A DNA stretch of 64,000 nucleotides. It comes from Candidatus Omnitrophota bacterium. Lineage in GTDB: Bacteria > Omnitrophota > Gorgyraeia > Gorgyraeales > Gorgyraeaceae. A model generated the notes under the pieces. That model ran no database searches, was not told the origin of the DNA, and worked only from the letters and a program-made list of their open reading frames with translations. Positions 1 to 9,176 of this stretch are shown piece after piece. The position numbers and the translations under genes were made by a program. The stretch is from NCBI GenBank assembly GCA_041648935.1, contig JBAZOA010000001.1, positions 2,433 to 66,432 on the forward strand, read 5' to 3'. Numbering within the stretch: position 1 is the first letter of the stretch; every line of letters starts with the position of its first letter.

Positions 1-50
1 ATCAACTCTATTAACGTAAAACCTTTTTTACTGCCTGATACCTTTAACAT
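1..50 (-). CDS. pilA: Partial type IV pilin (PilA-like); N-terminus only, gene runs off the window start
   Basis: Reverse complement of 1..50 reads ATG TTA AAG GTA TCA GGC AGT AAA AAA GGT TTT ACG TTA ATA GAG TTG = MLKVSGSKKGFTLIEL, the canonical prepilin leader with G|FTLIEL cleavage/methylation motif. Strong SD AGGAGGG 8 nt upstream at 58..64 on the minus strand. Confidence 0.7.
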   Translation of the reverse strand, partial: MLKVSGSKKGFTLIEL

Positions 51-136
51 TTTAATTCCCTCCTTTTTATTTTTATGGCCAATTATCAACACGTAATATC
101 AAGTTTTTATACTCCTATCACCTCCTTAATTATGCC

Positions 137-1390
137 CTAACCCCTCATGGTCATCGCTATCTTGAATATAGGTACGTAAACAGAAAGCACCAAGGCCAGG
201 ATTATACCGCCAAAGACAATGATGACAAAAGGCTCGAATAAAGACGTAATGACCATTATGGAGCCTTCCACCTCATCCTCATACATGCTCGCGATCGTGT
301 CAAGCACCTGAGGAAGGCGGCCCGAGGTTTCTCCGACCCCGACCATCTGCACCAGTAAACGCGGAAAGTTCTCGTCCTTAGCCAGGCTCCCGGATATGTC
401 AGAGCCGTTTATTATGCGGTCCTTGACGTCCGCCATGGCCTTTTCAAGCGCCCTGTTGGAACACGCCCTTGAACTGATCTCTATAGCGAGGACTATGGGT
501 ACGCCCCCGCGTATCATTATCGCCAGCATCCTGCAAAACCTCGCCAGGGACGCCTTTCTTATTACCTCGCCTAAAAAAACCATGTTAAGCTTGAAACGAT
601 CTATCTTATCCCTGCCGATAACGGAACCGCTGTAGATTATAAAGATAACCGCCAAGCAGGCGATGCCCAGGGTTATCCAGAGTATATTATGGATCATAAA
701 GGCGTTGATCGCGAAAACAACCCGGGAAAACAGCGGCAGCTGCGCCCCGAATCCGGCAAACAAATCCTGGAAGCGGGGCATTATAAAAAGTGTGAGGATC
801 ACGACTACTATGGAGAAAAACGCCGCCACGAAAATAGGGTACGCGGTAATGCTCTGTATCTTCCTCTGCAGCTGCAGGTTCTTTTCCAGATACTGGCTCA
901 GATAATCGAGCACCATGGACATGCTGCCCGATTCCTCGCCGGCCCTCATCAAGGCGATGAATATGGGATTAAAGGCGCGCTTGTGCCTTGACAAGGCCTC
1001 GGAAAAGGCCTTGCCGTTTCTTATGTCGTTATTTACCTCCAGGAGCACTTTTTTAAAATACGGGTTCTCCGTGTCATGCGTGATGGATTGAAGCGCGTCA
1101 ATCAGGTTTATGCCGGAGGATATTGACACGGACAACTGGCGGCAGAAAATGGAAAATTCCCTGAGGCTGATCTTGGACGCGGCGGGAAAAGAAAAAAATT
1201 GTTTTTTGGTTTCAGCGGGCCTGCCTTTTTCCCTGTATTCTTCCTTGACGGACGAGGAATAAGAAATAGAGACTACGGTCAGATCCCGTTCTTTCAGCAG
1301 GCTGATGGCCTCGAAACGCGACCTGCATAAAATCGAGTCCTTTACCATGTTCCCGTTTTTATCTTTCGCTACGAAATTATATTCAAACAA
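137..1390 (-). CDS. pilC: Type IV pilus assembly platform protein PilC (GspF family inner-membrane protein)
   Basis: 417 aa with two T2SS-F-like repeats, 3 TM segments and a typical PilC N-terminus. Sits directly downstream of pilB. Confidence 0.85.
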   Translation of the reverse strand: MFEYNFVAKDKNGNMVKDSILCRSRFEAISLLKERDLTVVSISYSSSVKEEYREKGRPAETKKQFFSFPAASKISLREFSIFCRQLSVSISSGINLIDALQSITHDTENPYFKKVLLEVNNDIRNGKAFSEALSRHKRAFNPIFIALMRAGEESGSMSMVLDYLSQYLEKNLQLQRKIQSITAYPIFVAAFFSIVVVILTLFIMPRFQDLFAGFGAQLPLFSRVVFAINAFMIHNILWITLGIACLAVIFIIYSGSVIGRDKIDRFKLNMVFLGEVIRKASLARFCRMLAIMIRGGVPIVLAIEISSRACSNRALEKAMADVKDRIINGSDISGSLAKDENFPRLLVQMVGVGETSGRLPQVLDTIASMYEDEVEGSIMVITSLFEPFVIIVFGGIILALVLSVYVPIFKIAMTMRG

Positions 1391-1403
1391 ATCAGGTCCT
1401 TGA

Positions 1404-3137
1404 TTATGTATTCTCGGGCGGCGGGCAGACGCTTAAAACTTCCTCTATGGTGGTCACGCCGTCTTTTACTTTTCTAAAACCGCTGTCCAATAACGTCCCC
1501 ATGCCCATTTGGATTGCTTTTTTTCTCAAGGCGCCTTCCGCCCTGGCTTCAGATATCATCTCTTTGATAGTATCCGTGACCTCTAAAAACTCGAATATGC
1601 CGGTGCGGCCTTTGTAACCGGTATTGGAGCATTCCTTGCACCCCTTGCCTTTATAGTGCGTCCATTTATGTATATCCGGTTTAAACTGGCTTATCGCCTT
1701 GAGGCTGTTGTGCGGGGGAATAACCTCTTCCTTGCATTTATCGCATATGACCCTGACCAGTCTCTGAGATATCACCAGGTTCACCGTGGCGGCCACCAGA
1801 TAAGGCTCTATGCCTATGTCCTTTAACCTGTTAAACGCCGATGTCGCGTCGTTGGTGTGCAGCGTGCTCAAGACCAGGTGGCCGGTGAGCGCGGCGCGCA
1901 TGGATATCCTGGCTGTCTCCAAGTCCCTCATCTCTCCTATCATTATTATATCGGGGTCCTGCCTCAGTATAGAGCGCAGGGCGTTCGCGAAAGTAAGGTC
2001 GATGTCTGACTTGGTCTGCATCTGATTCACGCCTTCCACAAAATATTCTATGGGGTCTTCGACTGTCTGTATATTGAGTTCCGGGGTCTTGATAAAATTC
2101 AACGCGCTGTAAAGGGTGGTTGTCTTGCCGCTTCCAGTGGGCCCTGTCAAGAGTATGATACCGTGCGGTTCTTTAAGGATCCTCTGAAAACTCTTCAGGG
2201 TCTCTGTCTCAAGGCCGAGGTCGTTCATGTCAGCGAGCATGGCGCTGCGGTCCAGCACGCGCATGACTATCTTTTCCCCGCACGCCTCCGGCAAAGATGA
2301 AACGCGTATATCCAGGACGCTCTTATCCACCTTGAACTTGAACCTTCCGTCCTGCGGAAGCCGCCTCTCGGCTATATTCATCTTGGAGAGGATCTTTATG
2401 CGAGTTACAATGGCGGGATATAAGGCCTTGGGCGGCGGCGTCACATTCCTCAATTTTCCGTCCACCCGCAGCCTGACGCTGACCTCTTTTTCCCCTGGCT
2501 CAAAATGTATGTCGCTCGCCCCGTCTCTCACGGCCTGCAGCAATAACAGGTTCACGAACCTGACTACAGGGGCGTCGTTCGCGAGTATGCGCAGATGATC
2601 AGAGTCGACGCGCGTTTCCTCAATAACACCCTCTATGCCCTTGCCGTTCTCCAGCTCGACTATATCCTGGAGATTCCTCTCTATGTGGGCCTCTTCCGCG
2701 TAATACTTATTTATCGCGGCCACTATCTTGTCTTCGCTGTTAACCGCCTTCTGCACCTCTAAATTCGTGAGGGTGCGCACCGTATCCACGGCGTTGATGT
2801 CCAGCGGGTCCTTCATCACGATGGTTATTACATTATCGGCTTTTTTAAAAGGGACTATGCAGAACTTGCGGGCGATGGCCTCCGGTATGAGTCTTATCTC
2901 ATCCAGCTCGAGCTTGACGTCCTCCCCCAATTCCACGTACGGTATATTAAGCTGTTCGGACAGGGCCTGGGCTATATCGGCTGGCGAGGCGAAACCTTTC
3001 CGGGTTATTATCTCCCCCAGGAGGACCCGGGTATTCCCGTTTTTCTCTTCCACGGCCGCGCTGAGCTGCTTCTCATCTATCTTCTTGGACCTGAGGAGAA
3101 TGGCGCCTATTAAGTTATTCGCTGTGTTTTTAACCAT
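1404..3137 (-). CDS. pilB: Type IV pilus assembly ATPase PilB (GspE family)
   Basis: 577 aa with GSPII_E N-domain, Walker A GPTGSGKTTTLYSAL, GspE signature (GEMRDLETA...LTGHLVLSTLHTN) and a C-terminal tetracysteine (CDKC...CKEC). Confidence 0.9.
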   Translation of the reverse strand: MVKNTANNLIGAILLRSKKIDEKQLSAAVEEKNGNTRVLLGEIITRKGFASPADIAQALSEQLNIPYVELGEDVKLELDEIRLIPEAIARKFCIVPFKKADNVITIVMKDPLDINAVDTVRTLTNLEVQKAVNSEDKIVAAINKYYAEEAHIERNLQDIVELENGKGIEGVIEETRVDSDHLRILANDAPVVRFVNLLLLQAVRDGASDIHFEPGEKEVSVRLRVDGKLRNVTPPPKALYPAIVTRIKILSKMNIAERRLPQDGRFKFKVDKSVLDIRVSSLPEACGEKIVMRVLDRSAMLADMNDLGLETETLKSFQRILKEPHGIILLTGPTGSGKTTTLYSALNFIKTPELNIQTVEDPIEYFVEGVNQMQTKSDIDLTFANALRSILRQDPDIIMIGEMRDLETARISMRAALTGHLVLSTLHTNDATSAFNRLKDIGIEPYLVAATVNLVISQRLVRVICDKCKEEVIPPHNSLKAISQFKPDIHKWTHYKGKGCKECSNTGYKGRTGIFEFLEVTDTIKEMISEARAEGALRKKAIQMGMGTLLDSGFRKVKDGVTTIEEVLSVCPPPENT

Positions 3138-3203
3138 ATAATCAAGTTTAGGTTATGAGAAATCCTTAGGATATATAATAATATATAGGTTGTATTATAA
3201 TAT

Positions 3204-3232
3204 AACATGGAAATATTGTCAATATTATAATA
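3204..3232 (-). promoter_or_regulatory. Sigma-70-like promoter for the pilB-pilC operon (TTGACA-17 nt-TATAAT)
   Basis: Minus strand reads TTGACAatatttccatgttatatTATAAT, with -35 at 3232..3227 and -10 at 3209..3204. It lies in an AT-rich 165-nt intergenic region about 65 nt upstream of the pilB ATG. Confidence 0.5.
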
Positions 3233-3301
3233 TGACTGACAGGCAGGTTGATTTGACCATGAGGCAGGAAGTGATTTTATCCGAAAAAGGCCGCGCGGGG
3301 G

Positions 3302-4126
3302 CTATTTACGCGAATAAAGGCATATTTCTATCTGCGATGGGTCGCCGAGCACTATTTCCGGCGAACCCTTGTAATCTTTTACCGCGCCATAGACCCTTAT
3401 TGTCTTGCCCCTGAAATAAGAGTCCGGCGAACGCCTGGCCTTGTTTGGCAGTGAAAAAAGCATGTCCTTGAACATGACCACCTTAAACCCGCCCTTGAAC
3501 TTCAAGACCAGCATCTTGTCCGAGATATAGGTATCGACAACCTCCGCCTCTATGACCTTGACCTTGCCTATATTGTCTTTTGCCTCGCTCGCGGGGATGG
3601 CCTCGCCCACGTCAACCCACAATCCCTTTCCTGACGCCCTCGCCTCTCTCTGCGCCTCTAAAAACCTCTCGGCGTATTTTACGTTGGGCGGATACGTGTA
3701 TATCGTCGCGTAACCCTCCCTGATCATGTCCAAATTCACCATTTTATCATCCACGTACACGTACGCGAGAAGCCGGCCGTATCTGTCTTTTTTCTGGACG
3801 TCGAATTCCAGGCGCGCGCGGCGCCCCTCGACCAGTTTTTTATTAAACGCCTTCGCCTCTTCCGCGAAAGGCATGGGTTTATAGACCCACCCGCCGGACT
3901 TCCTCTCTCTTGTCTCGGGCGTATCCACGCCTATGTACCTCACGTTTTCCCCGCTTGAAAGACGGACCGTGTCGCCGTCTACGACATAATCAACGAGATG
4001 CGTCTTATCCTGAAAATCCGAGGATAAAAAATCCTGGTGCCTGAACGCCTTGTTTATGAAAAACAACATGGCCAGGACCAGCAGGGATATTATTCGGGCT
4101 GTCTTTTTGCGGTTTATCTTTTTCAA
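3302..4126 (-). CDS. Membrane-anchored thermonuclease (SNase/micrococcal nuclease-like) family protein
   Basis: N-terminal TM/signal segment followed by an SNase-like motif DGDTVRLSSGENVRYIGVDTPETRE, then an extra ~120-aa C-terminal domain. Confidence 0.7.
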   Translation of the reverse strand: MKKINRKKTARIISLLVLAMLFFINKAFRHQDFLSSDFQDKTHLVDYVVDGDTVRLSSGENVRYIGVDTPETRERKSGGWVYKPMPFAEEAKAFNKKLVEGRRARLEFDVQKKDRYGRLLAYVYVDDKMVNLDMIREGYATIYTYPPNVKYAERFLEAQREARASGKGLWVDVGEAIPASEAKDNIGKVKVIEAEVVDTYISDKMLVLKFKGGFKVVMFKDMLFSLPNKARRSPDSYFRGKTIRVYGAVKDYKGSPEIVLGDPSQIEICLYSRK

Positions 4127-4131
4127 ATATT

Positions 4132-6144
4132 TTAATCCAGCGTCAGCGGATTGTAATTATACTTGGCGAAAATGGTGTAGGCGGTCCCTGCCGTGGACCC
4201 TGTCCTGGCGCCGCGCGGGACCCTCCAGCCATGGCCGGTGTCGACGTCGTCCTGGGTCGCGTAAGGAAGACAGCCCTGGCCCTGGCCTATCCTGGAAGGG
4301 CTTATGATGACCATCTTCTCAAGCTCTGATATGTAAAAATCGGCTTTTTTACCGTAATATTCAGCCCTGTCAAATTCTTTCCGCGCGCGGTAATAATCGG
4401 CCATTATCCTGAAGGTCACGGCCATCTGACCAGTCCACTCGGTTGAGACAACCCCTCCCCTCGCCACGTGTTCGTATTTCCCGAAATCGAATCCCGTGAC
4501 CTTGACGTTCTCGCTGTCAGGCCTTGAATAATCCGTGGCGACCAGGCAATTTGTCTCGGCGAAATCGATTATCTGGTCAGGGTCCATGCCCTCATCCTTC
4601 AGGACCTTCGGCCCTATGGCGGCTATGGCCCAGGCAAACGTATCCGTGGCGATGGTGGCATCGCCCTTGCCCCTATTCATCCTGCCTTCTTTTTTATTAA
4701 AGGCGTTTTTCTTTATCCACGCGAGCGTCTTTTTCCGCGCGTCCAGATACTTCGCCTCTTCCGTGATCTTGTAAAGCATGCCGAAAAAGGCGTAGGCGTC
4801 CAGGTTGTGCTCCGTGCTGAACCACGCGTACCTGGGCCCTCCCTTTATCCCGTATTCCCTGTCCTGCCTCTGCAGATAGATCAGCCACTTGGCGATGTCC
4901 TCCGCCATGGCGAGATACGTCTCGTCTTTAAACTTGGCCGTGTACTGAAGTATCGCGATCCCCAGCCATATGTTAGGCCCGGCGTGGACGATGTATTCGC
5001 TGGGCTTGCCCGTATAGGCGTCATAGGCGTTCACGAACCCGTCATCGACCTTCTGGGCGCCATCCCTGTAAAAATCCAGGGCCGCCTTCGCGTTGCTCTG
5101 GTCGCCCATCAATGTAAAACACTGTATCGCGAGAGACTGGTCATAAGTAAACGCCCAGTCCTCCAGGTCCTTGTCCCCCTCGTAGCTGATCACCAGGCCC
5201 GTGCGCCTGTTCTGATGATTTTTTATCCACTTGTACATGCTGACAACGCTCTTGTCCTCGACCTTCCTGAATGACGCCAAAAGGGCCCTCAGGTTGTCCT
5301 CGACGGAGACCTTGTCGAACGAGATCCTCGAGACCCTGTTTTTCAGATATTCGTTTTCCCTGCTCAACCTGGTTATCCTCGCGTTAAACCTCGCCTTTTC
5401 CAGAAGAGACTGTTTTATCTTTGACTTTGCCTCGAACCCGTTTTCCCTAAGATACGCTATGAGACTGTCCTTCGCCATAAATTCGGAATTCAGCCTGTCA
5501 AGATCCGTCAGCTTGGCCTTGTACTGATCTATCTCGCTTTTATTATCGGAAATCGCGGCCTCTATTTCCTTGTTTTCCCTGTCAAACTGCTTTAGCTTTT
5601 TTTCCAAAGAGGCCTTTTTATCCGAAAGCCGCGCCAGCTCCTGCACTAATTTTTTATTGTCCACCCTTAACTTAAGGTCGCTGGCGGAAAAATACAGAAG
5701 CCCGGCGGCGATAACCAAAAACAGCGCGCCGAAAAATACGGGCGCGAAAACCGTTTTTCTGGCGTGGAGATATATGCGGTTCCTGTCTTTAGGATCTATA
5801 TCCACAAAGGAAAGCCCTATCAGGTATTTATTCGGGTAAGTCGCGCCTACCTTCTGGTGCCAGGCGATCTTCGCGACGGCCTTGGTCTCCATGCGGCTCA
5901 GGGGGATGTGCATCCTGACGTCCAGCCTCGCGCCCGGATCTTTCAGGAATTGTTCCAGGTCGTCCCTGAGGTCGTTCGCCTCCAGACAGATGCCGCCCTT
6001 GCCTATGTTCCTAGTGAAGCCCTGCTTCACGTCGCTTATGGAACCGGACGTCTCGGGATCTATGAATTGGAATTCCACCGGAAAGACCGCGTTGAGGCGG
6101 ATATAATTCCTGCGGTCGGATTGTTTTGGTTGGGACACTGCCAT
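4132..6144 (-). CDS. PilZ-domain membrane protein with coiled-coil and C-terminal alpha/alpha-repeat (glycoside-hydrolase-like) domain
   Basis: N-terminal PilZ motifs (RRNYIRL = RxxxR; DVKQGFTRNIGKGG = DxSxxG-like). One TM helix and a ~150-aa K/E-rich coiled coil. The C-terminal ~350 aa is rich in W/Y and aromatic/Gly repeats and is periplasmic-like. Confidence 0.55.
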   Translation of the reverse strand: MAVSQPKQSDRRNYIRLNAVFPVEFQFIDPETSGSISDVKQGFTRNIGKGGICLEANDLRDDLEQFLKDPGARLDVRMHIPLSRMETKAVAKIAWHQKVGATYPNKYLIGLSFVDIDPKDRNRIYLHARKTVFAPVFFGALFLVIAAGLLYFSASDLKLRVDNKKLVQELARLSDKKASLEKKLKQFDRENKEIEAAISDNKSEIDQYKAKLTDLDRLNSEFMAKDSLIAYLRENGFEAKSKIKQSLLEKARFNARITRLSRENEYLKNRVSRISFDKVSVEDNLRALLASFRKVEDKSVVSMYKWIKNHQNRRTGLVISYEGDKDLEDWAFTYDQSLAIQCFTLMGDQSNAKAALDFYRDGAQKVDDGFVNAYDAYTGKPSEYIVHAGPNIWLGIAILQYTAKFKDETYLAMAEDIAKWLIYLQRQDREYGIKGGPRYAWFSTEHNLDAYAFFGMLYKITEEAKYLDARKKTLAWIKKNAFNKKEGRMNRGKGDATIATDTFAWAIAAIGPKVLKDEGMDPDQIIDFAETNCLVATDYSRPDSENVKVTGFDFGKYEHVARGGVVSTEWTGQMAVTFRIMADYYRARKEFDRAEYYGKKADFYISELEKMVIISPSRIGQGQGCLPYATQDDVDTGHGWRVPRGARTGSTAGTAYTIFAKYNYNPLTLD

Positions 6145-6190
6145 ATCGATAAAATCTTATCAATAACCAACTATAAATGCAAGAAAAATC

Positions 6191-6231
6191 CCTTAGTTGA
6201 CACTCAAGCAATACTCCTTTTGTCAACTTGC
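6191..6231. repeat. E1 palindromic intergenic element, copy A (cttagttgaca-N18-tgtcaacttgc)
   Basis: Shares the AGTTGACA...AAAGGAGTATTGCT...TGTCAACT core with copies at 9595, 25297 and 56101. It reads in opposite orientation on the plus strand and lies 47 nt upstream of the PilZ-protein ATG. Confidence 0.8.
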
Positions 6232-6237
6232 GGGATA

Positions 6238-6645
6238 TTACGGGAGGCGGGGCTTCTTGATTTTCTTTTTAACCTGCCTTGGCTTGATAAAAAAATAGGA
6301 GCACAGAAAACCCAACAATATCACCGCGGAAAATAAAATGTGCGTCTCGCGCCTCATCGGGGAGGCCGCCGTGACAGGAGATGCGCGGTCCGGCGTGACT
6401 TCTTTCCCCGCCGGCGGAACGGGCGCCTCGCCGGAGAACCCATCGTCTTCATCGCCGGCGGCGCTCACGAACGGCCGCAATTTCCTCTTATTTTCCTCTC
6501 TCGCGGAATTTACCTCGTTTGACACGTTGATCTTTTCGATATCCGCAGAGGATTCCTCGGCAACCCATTCCCCGTCCCCCTCGTAAGGCCTCAGGGCGTA
6601 AAGAGAAGGAACGGCTGTCAAGATAATCAGGAAGACAGCCGACAT
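6238..6645 (-). CDS. Hypothetical secreted protein with C-terminal TM anchor and lysine-rich tail
   Basis: ORF with signal-peptide-like start MSAVFLIILTAVPSLYA; start moved to the internal Met to avoid overlap. Acidic, low-complexity middle region. C-terminal hydrophobic helix followed by KKKIKKPRLP. No recognisable domain. Confidence 0.3.
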   Translation of the reverse strand: MSAVFLIILTAVPSLYALRPYEGDGEWVAEESSADIEKINVSNEVNSAREENKRKLRPFVSAAGDEDDGFSGEAPVPPAGKEVTPDRASPVTAASPMRRETHILFSAVILLGFLCSYFFIKPRQVKKKIKKPRLP

Positions 6646-6650
6646 GGTCC

Positions 6651-8156
6651 TTATTCCCACCATCTGATGATCTCCACTTTTTTTGAAACAGGGAGGAAAA
6701 CGTCTATTATCCTGTTTTCGCCGGTCGTGTATCTTGAGTTTATCCGCTCATCGTAGTTGAATGTGAGCGTATTGGTATATATCATCGCCTCGTCTTTGGA
6801 TATCACGGCGCCGTTTATCACCGCGCCTCCGCCTAATTTGCCGGCGACCGCGTGATTTGTATAAAAAACCCCGTCTATCTTGCTTACCCTGTTAGTGGCC
6901 AAATCCCCGAACACGGAGACGCCCGCCGGACAATTCGCGAAGCTTGTTATCGGGACCTGGGTCTGCACGTTTGACCAGGTATAGTCATAGTCGCGCGCGC
7001 CGTCAGCGTCCAGGTCCTCATATTGCGCCTGAAATATCCCGTCGTCCTCATGCGCGTCGTTAGTGTCCGGTATGCCGTCTTCCCCCACGTCTTCGTCTCC
7101 CATCCGATATAGATAACTGCCGGCGGACCATGACCCGCCTGTCTTACCGGTATAATCGCCCAATATTATACTCTCTGTCGCGGCGAAACCCACCAGGTCG
7201 TCGTCTTTATGCGCCTCCACCCATCCGTCTGTCACGCTGGGATCATCCGAGGCCGGCCTTGGGCTCGAAGGGGCGTTTTTATAATTGACGTCGTTGGCGA
7301 CGTATATATTCCGGCCGGCGTAAAGAGTGCCCTGGCCCTTTATAGTGCCTTTTACCACGACATCGCCCCTTACCACCACCGGACCGTCTATCTCTATCGG
7401 ATCAGAGCTCGTGCCCACCAAAACGATATTCCCGCTCTCCCCGGAATCATCCCCGAACACGCCGTCTATCAAAGTAACCCCGTTTACCTTTATCGTGCCG
7501 CCTTCCGTCTTCGCCAGGTCCTCATAATAAGACGTATCATAGAGATTTGGCATTTCTAATTTCTCGGAATCAGGATGCTGATGGTCGGCGTCCCCGCCTG
7601 AACCGCGTATGCCGTCCCCGCCGTCGTCTATCTCAAAACCGGCGTATATATCGCCTGATACCCCGGGTCTGTCCCTGAAATCGAACCTTCCGTTCGAACG
7701 GACATCGCCCTTGGCGTCAATGCCGTTACCATAGAACCATCCCCAATTATTTATGAAATACGCGTAATCAAAGACCGCGGCGGGGGGATTTTTCTGCATG
7801 GTGGCGTTCAGCGTCTTCGCGGAAAAACCTACCTGGCTGAAACTGGCCACCTGATACACACCATTCCCCAGATCCGTCATTGTCACTGTTATGTCGTTAT
7901 CGTCAAGATAATTAAGCGCGGCGGAACCGCCTTTTAACCTGAAGGTCTCGCTTTCCACCACGCTGTCATTCTTTATCCTCCACACGGCCTTTTCCATGCC
8001 CGCTTCCGCTAAAAAGAACGCCTTCTCGGTATTCACCTGTCTCTCGGCGGCCTTCGCCTCGGTGGTGACCATGTAGACATATGAACTTCCACCTACCAAA
8101 AGCATGGTTAAAAAAGACATCGCCACGATTAACACGAACCCTTTTTTTCTCTTCAT
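6651..8156 (-). CDS. PilX-N-terminal-domain pilus assembly protein (minor pilin-like)
   Basis: N-terminus KKGFVLIVAMSFLTMLL...AFFLAEAGMEKAVW matches the PilX N-domain. The rest is a large beta-rich, Gly/Asp-rich body. Lies in the minor-pilin operon. Confidence 0.55.
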   Translation of the reverse strand: MKRKKGFVLIVAMSFLTMLLVGGSSYVYMVTTEAKAAERQVNTEKAFFLAEAGMEKAVWRIKNDSVVESETFRLKGGSAALNYLDDNDITVTMTDLGNGVYQVASFSQVGFSAKTLNATMQKNPPAAVFDYAYFINNWGWFYGNGIDAKGDVRSNGRFDFRDRPGVSGDIYAGFEIDDGGDGIRGSGGDADHQHPDSEKLEMPNLYDTSYYEDLAKTEGGTIKVNGVTLIDGVFGDDSGESGNIVLVGTSSDPIEIDGPVVVRGDVVVKGTIKGQGTLYAGRNIYVANDVNYKNAPSSPRPASDDPSVTDGWVEAHKDDDLVGFAATESIILGDYTGKTGGSWSAGSYLYRMGDEDVGEDGIPDTNDAHEDDGIFQAQYEDLDADGARDYDYTWSNVQTQVPITSFANCPAGVSVFGDLATNRVSKIDGVFYTNHAVAGKLGGGAVINGAVISKDEAMIYTNTLTFNYDERINSRYTTGENRIIDVFLPVSKKVEIIRWWE

Positions 8157-8157
8157 G

Positions 8158-8661
8158 TTAGGCGTTCCTCATGGTGACAGACGTCGACATGCTCGCCCAA
8201 TGCGCCCCGTAAAAGGCGTTATTATCAAAAACCTTAAAGGTTATAACCGCCAATCTTCCGGACAGCTGAAAAAACGGGATGCCCGGCTCAGCGTTCACGT
8301 TACGCAGGAGCGTCACCTGGTCCCCGCTGACAGACACATTCGGATCGTATATGATATCTGTCCCGGATACATAATATTCCCTCGTGATATCGTCTGAGGC
8401 GTCTTGAGGGGTCCTGTTCGGATCGGTAACGAACCTTACGCGGTTTCCGCTGTCCAGTATAGTGGCGCCTGTCGCCGAACGCATACTTCTGCAAATCTTA
8501 TCCAGGCTGACCCTGCCGAGCGACTGAAAGGTAATCTGGGAAAACCCGCCCCTCCACAATCGCTGAGTGGTGACATAGGTCCCGCCGATGATAGCGAACA
8601 CTATCAGGGCGATGCCTAAACTGACCAATAATTCCGCTATGCTGAAACCCTTGTTCCCCAC
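8158..8661 (-). CDS. Prepilin-type N-terminal cleavage/methylation domain protein (PilW-like minor pilin)
   Basis: MGNKGFSIAELLVSLGIALIVFAII has G|FSIAE with Glu at +5 and a hydrophobic helix. Confidence 0.6.
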   Translation of the reverse strand: MGNKGFSIAELLVSLGIALIVFAIIGGTYVTTQRLWRGGFSQITFQSLGRVSLDKICRSMRSATGATILDSGNRVRFVTDPNRTPQDASDDITREYYVSGTDIIYDPNVSVSGDQVTLLRNVNAEPGIPFFQLSGRLAVITFKVFDNNAFYGAHWASMSTSVTMRNA

Positions 8662-8668
8662 GCGCGCC

Positions 8669-9070
8669 TCACAGGTACGAGGTGATGGTCGACTCCAACA
8701 CCTCTGTTATCGGACCATAATAATCGTTCCAGGTAATATTAACCACTATCTTATAGCCCTCCGCGACAGCGTAAATATTCGTGACCATGGTGCCGTTTAT
8801 GTCGTCTGCCGCGGCCGCCGCGGTGCCGGTATCTATCTTGACTGTCTGCGTCAGGGGATAATCCGCCGGGACCATGTCCTCGTAAGACGTGTTTCTAAGG
8901 CCCTCTATCTCCGCCTGAGCGAGATTGGCCGCCATTACACGGTGCTTCGCCAGGGTCGACTGTATGGCGCCCACGGAATACAAGCGCATCATGCCAACCA
9001 ATAAAAAACTGACGATGAATATGCTTACCATCACCTCTACGAGCGTGACGCCTCTTTTATAACGCCTCAT
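8669..9070 (-). CDS. PilV-like minor pilin
   Basis: MRRYKRGVTLVEVMVSIFIV prepilin motif (G|VTLVE). AQAEIEGL is typical of PilV. Confidence 0.6.
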   Translation of the reverse strand: MRRYKRGVTLVEVMVSIFIVSFLLVGMMRLYSVGAIQSTLAKHRVMAANLAQAEIEGLRNTSYEDMVPADYPLTQTVKIDTGTAAAAADDINGTMVTNIYAVAEGYKIVVNITWNDYYGPITEVLESTITSYL

Positions 9071-9093
9071 ATATGTATTATACCTCTATTTAA

Positions 9094-9122
9094 AGTATAC
9101 CCCAAAAAACACCCCCTGTCCA
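9094..9122 (-). promoter_or_regulatory. Sigma-70-like promoter of the minor-pilin operon (TGGACA-17-TATACT)
   Basis: Minus strand reads TGGACAgggggtgttttttggggTATACT, followed by ttaaatagaGGtataatacatatATG (SD plus PilV-like start at 9070). Confidence 0.45.
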
Positions 9123-9176
9123 CCCTCTGTAAAAGGGCGAAAAGGGGGTCTCAAAAACCTGTAATTTTCGCTTATT

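Noticed and set aside
689-991. Numerous plus-strand ORFs of 60-250 aa lying antisense to the minus-strand genes, for example 689..991, 2227..2598, 4807..5274, 5764..6336, 18102..18782, 33439..34194, 39676..40359, 58103..58777 and 59934..60632
   Set aside because: They are fully nested in the opposite strand of well-supported genes, have low-complexity or Arg/Ser/Pro-rich composition, and carry no recognisable motifs or SDs. They are typical shadow ORFs.
3281-3300. GGCCGCGCGGGGGC, just after the thermonuclease stop, as a Rho-independent terminator
   Set aside because: The CCGCGCGG core is self-complementary without a loop, so no stable intramolecular hairpin with at least a 3-nt loop forms. 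The U-tract is short. It was not called.
3138-3301. AT-rich 165-bp segment with repeated tattataatat motifs as a possible mobile-element scar or AT-rich island
   Set aside because: It is more simply explained as the pilB promoter region; a perfect TTGACA-17-TATAAT lies within it. No inverted terminal repeats or transposase remnants are present.
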